Below, one piece after another: positions 1 to 64,000 of a DNA stretch of 64,000 nucleotides. The position numbers were made by a program, and so were the translations under genes. The stretch is from Lingula anatina (lineage: Eukaryota > Animalia > Brachiopoda). Position 1 is the stretch's first letter. Each line of letters starts with the position of its first letter. The stretch spans positions 40,712,788-40,776,787 of the forward strand of contig CM120640.1 of NCBI GenBank assembly GCA_051362555.1. The letters run 5' to 3'. The notes under the pieces are model-generated. The model was not told the DNA's origin. It did not search any database and saw nothing but the letters and a program-made list of their open reading frames with translations.

Positions 1-64000
<64,000 letters not shown>

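Overview
Eukaryotic, AT-rich animal genomic DNA, probably a lophotrochozoan/spiralian (inferred from intronic miR-1989-like hairpins). The whole 64 kb lies inside one minus-strand gene with no start or stop in view. By hand I traced about 116 GT-AG exons with mutually compatible phases (about 20.4 kb CDS, about 6,800 aa). They encode 38 tandem MAM domains (36 complete, 2 cut by the window edges) in a three-domain unit separated by Pro/Thr-rich linkers, plus two FAMeT (Methyltransf_FA-like) domains, one inserted inside a MAM domain, and one SEA domain with a GSVM autoproteolysis-type motif. No LDLa repeats were seen. The introns hold: three pre-miRNA hairpins with an identical 23-nt 5p arm matching miR-1989 as I recall it; a 2.84-kb deleted and internally scrambled DIRS1-type retrotransposon with intact ITR/ICR termini; a 1.84-kb TA-flanked TIR element carrying a CpG-rich satellite; two small elements with 5-bp TSDs; a TTA-flanked palindromic MITE; a 3' fragment of an R4/Dong-like LINE in a (TAA)n tract; and several hairpins and microsatellites. 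All coordinates are hand-derived and no database search was run.
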